A DNA stretch of 64,000 nucleotides. Origin: an uncultured Sphingomonadaceae bacterium (GTDB lineage Bacteria > Pseudomonadota > Alphaproteobacteria > Sphingomonadales > Sphingomonadaceae). The position numbers were made by a program, and so were the translations under genes. Under the pieces are notes generated by a model. It was not told where the DNA came from, made no database searches, and saw only the letters and a list, made by a program, of their open reading frames with translations. Position 1 is the stretch's first letter; every line of letters starts with the position of its first letter. The stretch is from contig CANMBD010000002.1 in NCBI GenBank assembly GCA_947495985.1, forward strand, positions 544,975 to 608,974, in the 5' to 3' direction. Below, one piece after another: positions 17,812-27,479 of the stretch.

Positions 17812-18985
17812 TGGTCCCGTGCCGCTAAAAATCAAGAACCGTGATGCGCGCCGCCTGTGGCTGGACCGGCAGGGTTTGGCCCGTACGCCAACCGGTCCGC
17901 TCGACCTGCTGCAAATCATCACCGATCTCGGCTTTGTTCAACTTGATACGATCCGCAATGTCACGCGCGCCCATCACCATATCCTGTGGAGCCGCAACCA
18001 GAATTATCGCGAGCCGATGTTGAATAATCTGCTGGCAAATGAGCGCACTGTTTTTGAACATTTCACTCATGATGCATCGGTGTTGCCGATGGAATTTTAT
18101 CCACTCTGGCAGCGCCAGTTTCGCCGTCTGGGAGAACGGGCGGGCAAGCACAAGGTGATGGCGGAAGAAGATATCGCCGCGATCATGGCGCGGATAGCGG
18201 AAGAAGGACCTCTATCTACCCATGCCTTTGATACGAAGATCATCGGGAAAAAGGAGATGTGGGCGCGGCCGCCGCACAAAAGGGTGCTGGATCAGCTCTG
18301 GTATGCCGGGGAGCTTGCGACATCGCATCGCGAGAAATTTGTCAAATATTATGACCTTGCCGAGCGCGTGGTTCCCTCCGCCTACCGGGACATAGCGCAT
18401 AGCGACGCAAATCAGATAGACTGGTTGTGCAAGGCGGCGCTGGACCGGCTGGGTTTTGGTACCATGGGTGAGATACAAAGGTTCTGGGCGGCGCTCGATG
18501 CCCGGGAAGTCAGGGCATGGGCAGATACGGCTTCACATCATCTGGTTCCGGTCGAGCTGGAAACCGTTAGCGGTGACTGGGTCAGCATGGTCGCTCCGCC
18601 GGATATCGAGACATTGCTGTCCAGTCTTCCGGCACCAACATCGCGGCTGCGCATATTAAGCCCTTTTGATCCCGCGGTGCGCGATCGTACCCGGCTTAGC
18701 CGGCTATTTGGTTTTGACTATCGTATCGAAATTTTCGTCCCCGCCGCCAAACGGCGCTGGGGCTATTATGTTTATCCGCTACTGGAACGGGACCGGTTTG
18801 TCGGCCGTATCGAGTTAAAAGCAGACCGCAAAGCGGGCCTGTTGAAGGTCATTCAGATATGGTCTGAAAAGGGGATAAAATGGACCAATGATCGCGATGG
18901 CAAGCTCGATGCCGAGCTGGCGCGGCTGGCGCGGTTGATCAATGCTGATCGTGTCGAATGGCATTGCGACCGGATAGGCCGCTAG
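17789..18985 (+). CDS. winged-helix DNA-binding protein of the YcaQ/AlkZ (DUF1006) family, possible interstrand-crosslink DNA glycosylase
   Basis: About 398 aa. The pattern LGFVQLDTIRNVTRAHHHILWSR ... RILSPFDP ... YVYPLL is typical of this family. The start is set at the internal Met and overlaps the end of the DMT gene. Confidence 0.65.
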   Translation: MLKRQQSDGPVPLKIKNRDARRLWLDRQGLARTPTGPLDLLQIITDLGFVQLDTIRNVTRAHHHILWSRNQNYREPMLNNLLANERTVFEHFTHDASVLPMEFYPLWQRQFRRLGERAGKHKVMAEEDIAAIMARIAEEGPLSTHAFDTKIIGKKEMWARPPHKRVLDQLWYAGELATSHREKFVKYYDLAERVVPSAYRDIAHSDANQIDWLCKAALDRLGFGTMGEIQRFWAALDAREVRAWADTASHHLVPVELETVSGDWVSMVAPPDIETLLSSLPAPTSRLRILSPFDPAVRDRTRLSRLFGFDYRIEIFVPAAKRRWGYYVYPLLERDRFVGRIELKADRKAGLLKVIQIWSEKGIKWTNDRDGKLDAELARLARLINADRVEWHCDRIGR

Positions 18986-18994
18986 GGCAGGCCT

Positions 18995-19552
18995 CTATTT
19001 TACGATACCGCTAAAGCGCAGCTCACCCGAAGCTCCGGAAGCAATTGCCTGATCGAAAGTCCAGCGAATATGGGTGACATCGCTTGGCTGTGCGGCGCGG
19101 GTAACGCTAGTGCTTGGGGCATCGTCACTTTCGCTGGCCGTGTCAGTTACCGTCAGTTCGGTTAATTTTCCAAAATTTTGGCCGCCGTCTACTGACACCA
19201 GGGCCCAATCCTCATTGACACCGGTAAAAGTCACGGCTTTGTGAACGGGATTGTTGACAACGAACCCCGTCACCGCTGCGCCGCCAGTGTTACGATATGT
19301 GTTTACAAAAACCAGCTTGTCGCCGGGAATTACCTTCACCTCGGTCGGCTTGTACAATTTTGTTGATTCCTGTCCGGTTGCATCCGGTTCAGTACGCTCT
19401 ACGAGCACTGCGCTCTCAATTTTCACATTGGCGCGCGGATCAGCGCTCTGGATGGCAGCTTGCAATGGCGCTGCATGTGCCGTGGCGATTCCGGTCATTA
19501 ATATACCGACGACAAGAGCACCTTCAATCAATAAGGTCCGTATACTCGACAT
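18995..19552 (-). CDS. hypothetical secreted beta-rich protein
   Basis: From MSSIRTLLIEG there is a signal peptide (TAHA|AP). The remainder is rich in V, T, N and G strands. No family was recognised. Confidence 0.5.
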   Translation of the reverse strand: MSSIRTLLIEGALVVGILMTGIATAHAAPLQAAIQSADPRANVKIESAVLVERTEPDATGQESTKLYKPTEVKVIPGDKLVFVNTYRNTGGAAVTGFVVNNPVHKAVTFTGVNEDWALVSVDGGQNFGKLTELTVTDTASESDDAPSTSVTRAAQPSDVTHIRWTFDQAIASGASGELRFSGIVK

Positions 19553-19628
19553 GATCTTACATCCCCACTTTGCTGCGGCCCGATACGCAGGGCCGCTCAT
19601 ATCCACCCGCCGAATATGGTAGAACTTG

Positions 19629-19644
19629 GTTAACAACCGGTTAA
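19629..19644 (-). promoter_or_regulatory. perfect CtrA-type box TTAA-N7-TTAAC
   Basis: The minus strand reads TTAACCGGTTGTTAAC. It lies in the divergent intergenic region, 77 nt upstream of the ATG at 19552 and 160 nt upstream of the tamA ATG at 19804. Confidence 0.45.
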
Positions 19645-19803
19645 AATCAATCATCAGAATACGCTGAATGGATGGGCAATCGGCAGCTCATAACAACCCG
19701 CTTATGCAATCATTTTGCAGATTGTCCGGTTAATTGATTAGCTTGCCGGAAATTCCAGCTATTTTATTGGCTTCCTTTGAACCGAACGGCTAAAGCACCG
19801 GCT

Positions 19804-21966
19804 ATGGGCCTGACCGCGTATCGTTACTGCCTTTTCATGTTGCTGGTTGGTTGTATGCTGGTGGCCTTGTCACCGGCCGTATCATCACCGGCATTTGCAC
19901 AAAAAGCTGAAACCGAAGGTCAGGCTGATGGGGTGGTCAGCGGTAGCGATACCAATGCTTCAAGCGACCTGGAGCCATTGGACCCTGATAAGCCGCTGGC
20001 CGAATTGCCTGACTTTGGCGTCGAATGGCCGGAACTTGACGCTCCGACACCTGGCAGCCCAGCACCGGAAGAACCATCTGTGGACACGGCCCGTGATGTG
20101 GAGATGGATCGCCGCCTTGCCGAAGAAGAAATTTCTGAGATTGAAGATCAAGATATCAGGGCCGAGGCGGAAGCCGAGTTGGAACAGGGTATCGCGGCCA
20201 GTTTTCAGCCTGGCGATAGTTTGGCGGAGCGCCGTTACGAGTTAGAATTCAACGGATTGCCCGACAGTCTGAGCACGATGTTCAACCAGCGCTTTCAAGC
20301 GCTTTCTGCCTTGGAGGAATATCGCGGCGATGAAGCAAATTTTGCTCAGATCAAGCGGCGCGCGGAAACAGATCGCGAACTGGTTGAGCGGTTGCTGCGT
20401 ATCGAAGGCTATTATGATGCAATTGTTCGTAACAGCTTCGCGGCGGGACGGGGCACTGACATAGATGTAACAATTGCTGTCACGGCTGGCCCCCAATATC
20501 AACTCGATGCAATCACGCTGAACGGTCTGGAGCAAGCGGGAGGCAGTGATGCAGAAAAATTCCGCAATGCTTTCGGGCTGCAATCGGATGACATCATCAA
20601 TAGTGACCGGATCATAGAAGCACGGGCTAGGCTGGACGAGGAAATGGGTGAAAACGGTTATGCCTTCGCCGAAACTGCCGAGCCGGAGCTGACCGTCGAC
20701 CATGCGGAACGTAATGGTGATCTTGATATCGTCGTTACGCCTGGCGAGAAATATGTTTTCGGTTCGATCCTGATGGACGATACCGAGCTGTTTAGCGCTG
20801 ATCATGCCGAATTGATCGCGCGGTTTGATGCAGGCGATCTCTATCAACAATCAGATGTGGAGGATTTTAGGCGTGCCTTGATTGCCACCGGACTGGTATC
20901 GACGGTTACACTTGAACCTGTGGCCGCAGGTGATGAAGAGGGCGTCGTGGACATCGCCGCCAGCGTCACGGCGGCGCCGCTGCGCACAATATCGGGTGCA
21001 ATCGGCTACGGGACGGGGGAAGGGCTGCGCTCGGAAGTCAGCTGGGAACATCGCAATTTATTCCCGCCGGAAGGACTGATCCGACTGACCGGTGTCCTGG
21101 CTACCCAGGAACAATCGGGCAGCATAACCTATCGGCGTAACAATTTCCGTCGCCGGGACAATGTTCTTAACGGTCAGGTCGCGCTTAGCAATGTTGATAA
21201 CTCAGCCTTCGAAGCGCGCACATTCTCTGTCTCCGCCAGTCTGGAGCGGCAAAGCAATCTTATTTTCCAAAAGAAATGGAACTGGTCAGCAGGGATTGAG
21301 CTGCTCGCATCGCAGGAGCGTGATATTGATGGCAGTATACAGACAACGTCGCGGGACACCTTCTTCATCGCCTCCCTACCCCTAACTTTGGCTTATGATG
21401 GTAGTGACAATCTGTTGGATCCGACCAGCGGTTTTCGCTTGAGTGCGCGATTGGCACCAGAGGCTTCATTGCAGTCAGGCAGCTTCTTTTATGCCCGCAG
21501 CCAGATTGATGGCAGTGCCTATTATCCTGTGTCGGATAAAATTGTTCTGGCCGGACGGGCGAGATTGGGCTCGATTGTCGGTGCTGGCAGCAACCGGATT
21601 GCTCCATCGCGCCGTCTCTATTCTGGTGGTGGCGGTTCGGTGCGCGGTTTCGGTTTTCAGCGGATCGGTCCGCGCGACGTGAATAACGATCCTTCCGGTG
21701 GTCGCTCCCTGGTCGAATTTTCACTGGAAGCGCGCGTACGTGTGGATGCATTTGGCGGCAATTTTGGTGTCGTACCCTTTATTGATGCTGGCAATGTTTA
21801 CACGAACTCGCTGCCCGATTTTACAGGACTGCGTTTCGGCACCGGATTGGGCCTGCGTTACTATAGCGACTTTGGGCCCATCAGGGTGGATGTCGGCACG
21901 CCAATTAATCCGCAGGAAGGGGATTCCCGGATCGCCGTCTATGTATCGCTGGGTCAGGCATTCTGA
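19804..21966 (+). CDS. tamA: autotransporter assembly / translocation module outer-membrane component TamA (Omp85 family)
   Basis: POTRA-like repeats are followed by a C-terminal Omp85 barrel (GGGGSVRGF, RVDVGTPIN, terminal SLGQAF). It sits immediately upstream of tamB with a TGATG overlap. The start is set at the first ATG. Confidence 0.85.
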   Translation: MGLTAYRYCLFMLLVGCMLVALSPAVSSPAFAQKAETEGQADGVVSGSDTNASSDLEPLDPDKPLAELPDFGVEWPELDAPTPGSPAPEEPSVDTARDVEMDRRLAEEEISEIEDQDIRAEAEAELEQGIAASFQPGDSLAERRYELEFNGLPDSLSTMFNQRFQALSALEEYRGDEANFAQIKRRAETDRELVERLLRIEGYYDAIVRNSFAAGRGTDIDVTIAVTAGPQYQLDAITLNGLEQAGGSDAEKFRNAFGLQSDDIINSDRIIEARARLDEEMGENGYAFAETAEPELTVDHAERNGDLDIVVTPGEKYVFGSILMDDTELFSADHAELIARFDAGDLYQQSDVEDFRRALIATGLVSTVTLEPVAAGDEEGVVDIAASVTAAPLRTISGAIGYGTGEGLRSEVSWEHRNLFPPEGLIRLTGVLATQEQSGSITYRRNNFRRRDNVLNGQVALSNVDNSAFEARTFSVSASLERQSNLIFQKKWNWSAGIELLASQERDIDGSIQTTSRDTFFIASLPLTLAYDGSDNLLDPTSGFRLSARLAPEASLQSGSFFYARSQIDGSAYYPVSDKIVLAGRARLGSIVGAGSNRIAPSRRLYSGGGGSVRGFGFQRIGPRDVNNDPSGGRSLVEFSLEARVRVDAFGGNFGVVPFIDAGNVYTNSLPDFTGLRFGTGLGLRYYSDFGPIRVDVGTPINPQEGDSRIAVYVSLGQAF

Positions 21967-24900
21967 TGGACAGTGAAAAGCCTATCCAAGATGTTGATGC
22001 GGCCAAACCTCGCCGCAGTGTCCGCCGCGCCATCTGGGGCGTGCTGGGATCGATTTTGCTGTTCGGTATCATCGTTCTGGCTGGTGCCGCTTATTGGTTG
22101 GACAGCGATAGCGGCCACGCTTTCATCATCGACAAGGTCGAGGCACTGGAGCCCGAAGACGGCCTGCGCATCGGTATTGGCGCTATTGAAGGATCGGTTT
22201 ACGGACAGATGGAGGTCGTCGACCTTGAACTATCTGATCCCCAGGGTGTGTTTTTCCAGGCCGGCCGCGTCGGGGTTGACTGGAATCCGCTGGCATGGAT
22301 TTTTAACGAGCTGAACGTTTCCAATGCGGTGGTTACCAAAGCGCGTTTGGACCGACTGCCACAGCTTATTGATACACAGGAAGATGGTCCGCTGCTGCCC
22401 GGTTTCGACATCTATCTCGGTGCTTTTCGGGCGGATAATCTGGCTGTCGGTAGAGCCATTACCGGCGAAGAACAGCGCGCTGATCTGGCCGGCGCCGTTG
22501 ATATCCGGTCCGGGCGCGCGATGATCACTCTCGATGCCGCGACGACGCGCAGCGGCGACAAGATAAACGTGATTCTCAATGCGGAGCCAGAGCGAGAGAA
22601 GCTTGACCTGAATGCCGAGATCACGGCTCCGGCCGGTGGCGCGATCGCTGGTTATCTTGGGTTTCAACGGGATTATGCAATCACGCTTGCTGGTGATGGT
22701 GACTGGGCGAAATGGGATGGCAATCTATCGGTAACAAGCGCTGACCAGCAGCTTGCTGACATGACGCTGGAAGCTCGCGACGGACTGTTCGGCTATGATG
22801 GCAGTGTCGCGCCGGCCTTGCTGCCGTCCGGATTGGGGCAAAGATTGACCGCACCGCAGCTGGCGATCAATGGCAATGCGTCAATCGAAGACCGGCTTGT
22901 CATGATTGATTTGATGGCGCGGTCCAATGCGGCAACCATGACCGCGGTGGGGGGCATTGATCTCGCTCGCAACGCTCTGGATGCGCTGCGGGTCGAATTT
23001 GATGTAGGCAACCCCGGGGCATTGGTTGCGAATATGAAAGCACAGAATCTGGAGTTGAAAGCGCTGCTCAATGGCAAATTTTCCGAGCTGCGCTACCAAT
23101 ATCTGCTGACCGCACCGCAGCTGGCATTTGGCAAAACGCTGCTGAGTAATGTCAATGCATCAGGGGAGGGGCAGCGCGATGCCAGTGGTTTTGATGTACC
23201 AGTGGAATTGGCAGTCGGCTCACTAATCGGCAATGGTGACCTGCTGAAACAGCTTTTGTCGGGGTTTAATGGCAAGGCCTTTTTGCGGCTGGAGAATGGA
23301 CGGCTCTATGCTGACAATGCGGTCATCACTACCGATACCGCACGAGGCACAGCTGATATCGAGCTCCCTTTAGCGACCGGCAAATATCAAATTGCAATAG
23401 ATGCCCAGGCGCCAGGATTTGCTGTGCAAGGCGTTGGTGTGGCGGATATCATAGCGACAGCTGTGTTGGAACCCGGTGCAGGCGGCCTTGCGCTGAGCGG
23501 CGATGTCACAGCCAATTTGCGGCGGTTCGACAATGTCTTCCTGCGCGAATTGGGCGGCGGCTTGCCGGTGGTGAAAACGGGTCTGGCGATCGGCGATGAC
23601 AAGAAGCTACGCTTCACTGATCTTGATATTCAAGCGCCCAAGCTTGGTTTCAAGGGCAGCGGGGTGCAGCAGACCGCGACCATATTCGAGTTTACCGGCA
23701 GCGGCACGCATGACCAATATGGTCGCTTTGATGTTGACCTTGAAGGACCATTGGCCCGGCCGCAAATTGGGGTTCTACTCGACAGCCCGCTGCCTGCCGC
23801 AGGCCTTTCCGCGGTGCAAGTCAATCTCGACCCGACGGATAATGGTTTCGCCTTTACTGCTGCAGGCGGATCAACGCTGGGGCCATTCAGCGGTAATGGC
23901 GCAATCGTGACGGTGCCGGGGCAGGATACGCTGGTCCGTGTTGAACGACTGAAAGTATCTGACACGCTGGCAACTGGCACCATTCGGCCCACCGCATCAG
24001 GCCTTGCCGGCAATCTGGCGGTTAGCGGCGGCGGTGTAAACGGGAATGTCCTGTTTGAACCTGGTGCCAATCGCCAACTCATCCAGGCGAAGCTGACCGC
24101 CAAAAATGCCCGTTTTGATGGTGAGCCACCGATATTCATCCGCACAGGCGCGCTGGATGCCGATGTCGTTCTGGTCGAAGGTCGGTCAGACATAACCGCA
24201 ACCGTGCGTGCACAGGGTATTAGTCAAGGCGATCTGATGGTGGGCCGGATCGCGGGGAATGCAAAACTGACAAACGGGACGGGCAACGCGACCTTCTCAG
24301 TTGCAGGCACGCGCGGCAGCACGTTTAATTTTCAGGCGAAGGCCGATATCACCCCGGACCGGTATGTGATGACGGGTCAAGGTCTGTTTGAAGGACGGGT
24401 TCTGAAGCTTCGCCGTCCACTTGAGCTGCGCCGTGTAAGTGGTGGTTGGGCTGCTTCGCCGACAATATTGACTTATGGTGGCGGTTCGGCCCGTTTCTCG
24501 GGAATATGGGCCAGTGACTCATCCCGGCTCGATTTGACGCTTTCCAAAATGCCACTATCGCTTGTGGATATTGTCAATGATGATCTGGAGCTGGGCGGAG
24601 AGGCCAATGGCACTGTCAAATTGACGCAGACAGGATCACAAATGCCCGTCGGTGACGCCAAGCTGACGATCAAGGGCCTGACTCGTTCAGGACTTATTCT
24701 GACGTCCACCCCGGTAGATCTGGGTCTCAATGTCGCAGTGTCCGCACGAAATGCAGCGGCACGGGGGATTATTAAATCGCAGGCCAAGACGATTGGCCGG
24801 TTTCAGGGGCGCGTAACAGGCTTTGGCGAAGGCAACTGGAAAGACGAATTGCTGCGCAGCCCGCTATTTGCGCAGGCGCGTTTCAACGGCGCGGCTGATG

Positions 24901-26147
24901 CGCTCTGGCGATTGACCGGGGTAGAGACATTTGACCTGACGGGTCCAGTTGCCATGAGCGCTGATGTCGGCGGCACACTTGCCAATCCGGAAATTCGCGG
25001 AACTGTTAACACCACCAATGCACGGCTGGAAAGCGGACTGACCGGAACTGTAATTTCCGGCATCACAGCAAAGGGGCAGTTTGACGGGTCACGGCTGGTG
25101 CTGCCTAATATAACAGGCACTACCAGAGGGGGCGGATCGGTAAGCGGTAGCGGGAACTTCAACTTCGCGGTCGCGCCGGGCGAGGGCATTGGTATCATGC
25201 TTGATCTCACCGCCCAACAAGCGCGCTTGATAGCGCGGGATGATTTTGCCGCAACGGTGACTGGTCCAATTCAAATTCGCAGTTCTGCCGAAGGCGGCCT
25301 GATATCTGGCGATGTAACGCTCAACCGCAGCTTCTTTCAATTTGGTAATGCCAGCGAAACAGCGGCCTTGCCGCAAATCAAAGTCCGCGAGATTAATCGC
25401 CGGGCCGATGAACGCCCCCGGGTGGTTAGCAGCCGTCCCTGGCGGTTTGCGCTCAATGCCAACGCGCCCAATCGGCTGCAGGTTGAGGGATTGGGTCTCG
25501 ACAGTGAATGGCGAGCCAATTTTGAAGTTTCTGGCCCTGTTGACAATTTTGCGATGATTGGCAGCGCGAACCTTATTCGCGGGAACTACACTTTTGCTGG
25601 TCGCCGTTTTCAACTCGAACGCGGCCGCATTCGTTTTGTTGGGGATCAGCCACCCAATCCGGTGCTGGATATTGAAGCAGAGGCGGATCTGACCGGCCTC
25701 AATGCCACAATCAATGTTACCGGCACCGGCAATCGCCCCGAAATCGCCTTTAACAGCATACCCGCTCTGCCGCAGGATGAGCTGTTGTCGCGTGTCCTAT
25801 TTGGCGCCTCGATATCTGACCTGTCCGCACCAGAGGCTGTGCAACTGGCCGCTGCCGTTGCTTCTCTCAATAGCGGCGGCGGGCTCGACCCCATAAACCA
25901 GCTGCGCAAAGCTGTTGGCCTCGACCGTTTGCGCATATTGCCGGCCGACGTCACCACCGGTCAAAGCACTTCCATCGCGGCGGGAAAATATATTACCCGG
26001 CGGGCCTATGTCGAATTGATAACCGATGGTCAGGGCTATAGTGCGACGCGGCTGGAATTTCAGATCACCCGCTGGCTGTCGATATTGTCCAGTATCTCAA
26101 CGTTGGGACGACAGAGCGCGAATATTCAGATATCCAAGGATTATTGA
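21966..26147 (+). CDS. tamB: translocation and assembly module protein TamB (DUF490 C-terminus)
   Basis: ORF of 1393 aa. It has an N-terminal TM anchor, a long beta-rich body and a DUF490-like C-terminus (PALPQDELLSRVLFG ... GKYITRRAYVEL). Confidence 0.85.
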   Translation: MDSEKPIQDVDAAKPRRSVRRAIWGVLGSILLFGIIVLAGAAYWLDSDSGHAFIIDKVEALEPEDGLRIGIGAIEGSVYGQMEVVDLELSDPQGVFFQAGRVGVDWNPLAWIFNELNVSNAVVTKARLDRLPQLIDTQEDGPLLPGFDIYLGAFRADNLAVGRAITGEEQRADLAGAVDIRSGRAMITLDAATTRSGDKINVILNAEPEREKLDLNAEITAPAGGAIAGYLGFQRDYAITLAGDGDWAKWDGNLSVTSADQQLADMTLEARDGLFGYDGSVAPALLPSGLGQRLTAPQLAINGNASIEDRLVMIDLMARSNAATMTAVGGIDLARNALDALRVEFDVGNPGALVANMKAQNLELKALLNGKFSELRYQYLLTAPQLAFGKTLLSNVNASGEGQRDASGFDVPVELAVGSLIGNGDLLKQLLSGFNGKAFLRLENGRLYADNAVITTDTARGTADIELPLATGKYQIAIDAQAPGFAVQGVGVADIIATAVLEPGAGGLALSGDVTANLRRFDNVFLRELGGGLPVVKTGLAIGDDKKLRFTDLDIQAPKLGFKGSGVQQTATIFEFTGSGTHDQYGRFDVDLEGPLARPQIGVLLDSPLPAAGLSAVQVNLDPTDNGFAFTAAGGSTLGPFSGNGAIVTVPGQDTLVRVERLKVSDTLATGTIRPTASGLAGNLAVSGGGVNGNVLFEPGANRQLIQAKLTAKNARFDGEPPIFIRTGALDADVVLVEGRSDITATVRAQGISQGDLMVGRIAGNAKLTNGTGNATFSVAGTRGSTFNFQAKADITPDRYVMTGQGLFEGRVLKLRRPLELRRVSGGWAASPTILTYGGGSARFSGIWASDSSRLDLTLSKMPLSLVDIVNDDLELGGEANGTVKLTQTGSQMPVGDAKLTIKGLTRSGLILTSTPVDLGLNVAVSARNAAARGIIKSQAKTIGRFQGRVTGFGEGNWKDELLRSPLFAQARFNGAADALWRLTGVETFDLTGPVAMSADVGGTLANPEIRGTVNTTNARLESGLTGTVISGITAKGQFDGSRLVLPNITGTTRGGGSVSGSGNFNFAVAPGEGIGIMLDLTAQQARLIARDDFAATVTGPIQIRSSAEGGLISGDVTLNRSFFQFGNASETAALPQIKVREINRRADERPRVVSSRPWRFALNANAPNRLQVEGLGLDSEWRANFEVSGPVDNFAMIGSANLIRGNYTFAGRRFQLERGRIRFVGDQPPNPVLDIEAEADLTGLNATINVTGTGNRPEIAFNSIPALPQDELLSRVLFGASISDLSAPEAVQLAAAVASLNSGGGLDPINQLRKAVGLDRLRILPADVTTGQSTSIAAGKYITRRAYVELITDGQGYSATRLEFQITRWLSILSSISTLGRQSANIQISKDY

Positions 26148-26163
26148 GAAAGCTTATAATCGC

Positions 26164-27003
26164 ATGCAAATCATCAGAGAACTGGGCCCGCTGCGGAACG
26201 CCTTGCAGAATATCCGGCAAGAAAAATCAACATTGGGCCTGGTCCCGACTATGGGAGCCTTGCACGCGGGCCATATGAAGCTCGTTGAGACTGCGACGGC
26301 TCAATGCGATGCTGTTGTAGCTTCTATTTTCGTCAACCCGACCCAATTTGGCGAAGGGGAAGACCTCGACGCCTATCCGCGTCAGGAGGCCGCCGATGCC
26401 GCTCTTTTGGAAGCCGCTGGTGTGGAGCTGGTCTGGGCACCGACAGTGGATCAGGTTTATCCCGATGGCTTTGCGACCAATGTCAGCGTCAGCGGAGTGA
26501 GTTCTGGCCTGTGCGGCGGATCACGGCCCGGCCATTTTGACGGCGTAGCGACAGTGGTGGCAAAACTGTTCAATCAGGTCCGGCCAGATGCAGCCTTTTT
26601 TGGCGAGAAGGATTATCAGCAACTGGCGGTCATCAGGCGGATGGCACGCGATCTCGATTTCACGCATGATATTATCGGTGTACCGACGGTTCGCGATCCG
26701 GACGGTCTGGCTCTGTCTTCTCGCAACGCTTATTTAACGCCCGAGCAGCGCAGCCAGGCGGTGGTTTTGCCCGACGCCATGCGGGCCGCCGCGGAGGCGG
26801 TCAAAGGCGGCGGCGATATTGCCACTATCTTAAGTGAAGCAGAGGCCAAAATACTGTCATCCGGCTTCCATAAAGTGGATTATTTTGAGCTTAGAAATGC
26901 CGATACGCTTGAAAACATGACAATTTTTGACAATCCGGCCCGTTTATTGGCGGCGGCGCATATTGGCAGCACGAGATTGATTGATAATATCGCTGTAGCT
27001 TAG
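26164..27003 (+). CDS. panC: pantoate--beta-alanine ligase
   Basis: Motifs are LVPTMGALHAGHMKLVE, FVNPTQFGEGEDLD, GHFDGVATVV and FGEKDYQQL. The start is set at MQIIREL. Confidence 0.92.
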   Translation: MQIIRELGPLRNALQNIRQEKSTLGLVPTMGALHAGHMKLVETATAQCDAVVASIFVNPTQFGEGEDLDAYPRQEAADAALLEAAGVELVWAPTVDQVYPDGFATNVSVSGVSSGLCGGSRPGHFDGVATVVAKLFNQVRPDAAFFGEKDYQQLAVIRRMARDLDFTHDIIGVPTVRDPDGLALSSRNAYLTPEQRSQAVVLPDAMRAAAEAVKGGGDIATILSEAEAKILSSGFHKVDYFELRNADTLENMTIFDNPARLLAAAHIGSTRLIDNIAVA

Positions 27004-27097
27004 AGCAGGCGCGGGATGCGTTAACCTTGCAAATTTGTGCAAAATATCGGTTTTATGGCGTTTTTGCACTCTGCCGGACAAGTTTCTGCAGGTTCCG

Positions 27098-27105
27098 TTA
27101 ACCAT
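27098..27105 (+). promoter_or_regulatory. exact TTAACCAT 8-mer (CtrA half-site type)
   Basis: It is intergenic, 39 nt upstream of the first in-frame ATG of the Sel1-repeat ORF. Confidence 0.35.
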
Positions 27106-27144
27106 TCTTTTAAGAAATTGCTGTGAAAGTCCACCTGTCGCCAA

Positions 27145-27474
27145 ATGAGGCGCAATAGGAACAGGGACTTGAAGACTATGGGCAACAGCATGAAAAGCGC
27201 AGCCTTTTTGATAGAAAGCCGGCTCGCAGAAGCGGCACGGGGCAGCAGCAATGCATATTTTGATCTTGGTGTAATCTACTCCACCGGTTCGGAAGGTGTG
27301 GACGTTGATCTGATCGAAGCGCACAAATGGTTTAATCTGGCATCACTATCCGGCCACGATGAGAGCAAAGTCTGCCGCGCAGAAATTTCACTTGAGATGA
27401 CCGCTCGCGAAATTGCCGAAGCACAGCGCGAAGCCCGCAGCTGGTTGCAGGAAACCTCGCGCCGCGCCGCTTAA
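27145..27474 (+). CDS. small Sel1-like repeat protein
   Basis: NAYFDLGVIYSTGSEGVDVDLIEAHKWFNLASLSGH fits a Sel1/TPR-like repeat. The start is uncertain, with alternatives at 27178 and 27190. Confidence 0.6.
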   Translation: MRRNRNRDLKTMGNSMKSAAFLIESRLAEAARGSSNAYFDLGVIYSTGSEGVDVDLIEAHKWFNLASLSGHDESKVCRAEISLEMTAREIAEAQREARSWLQETSRRAA

Positions 27475-27479
27475 AGCGC

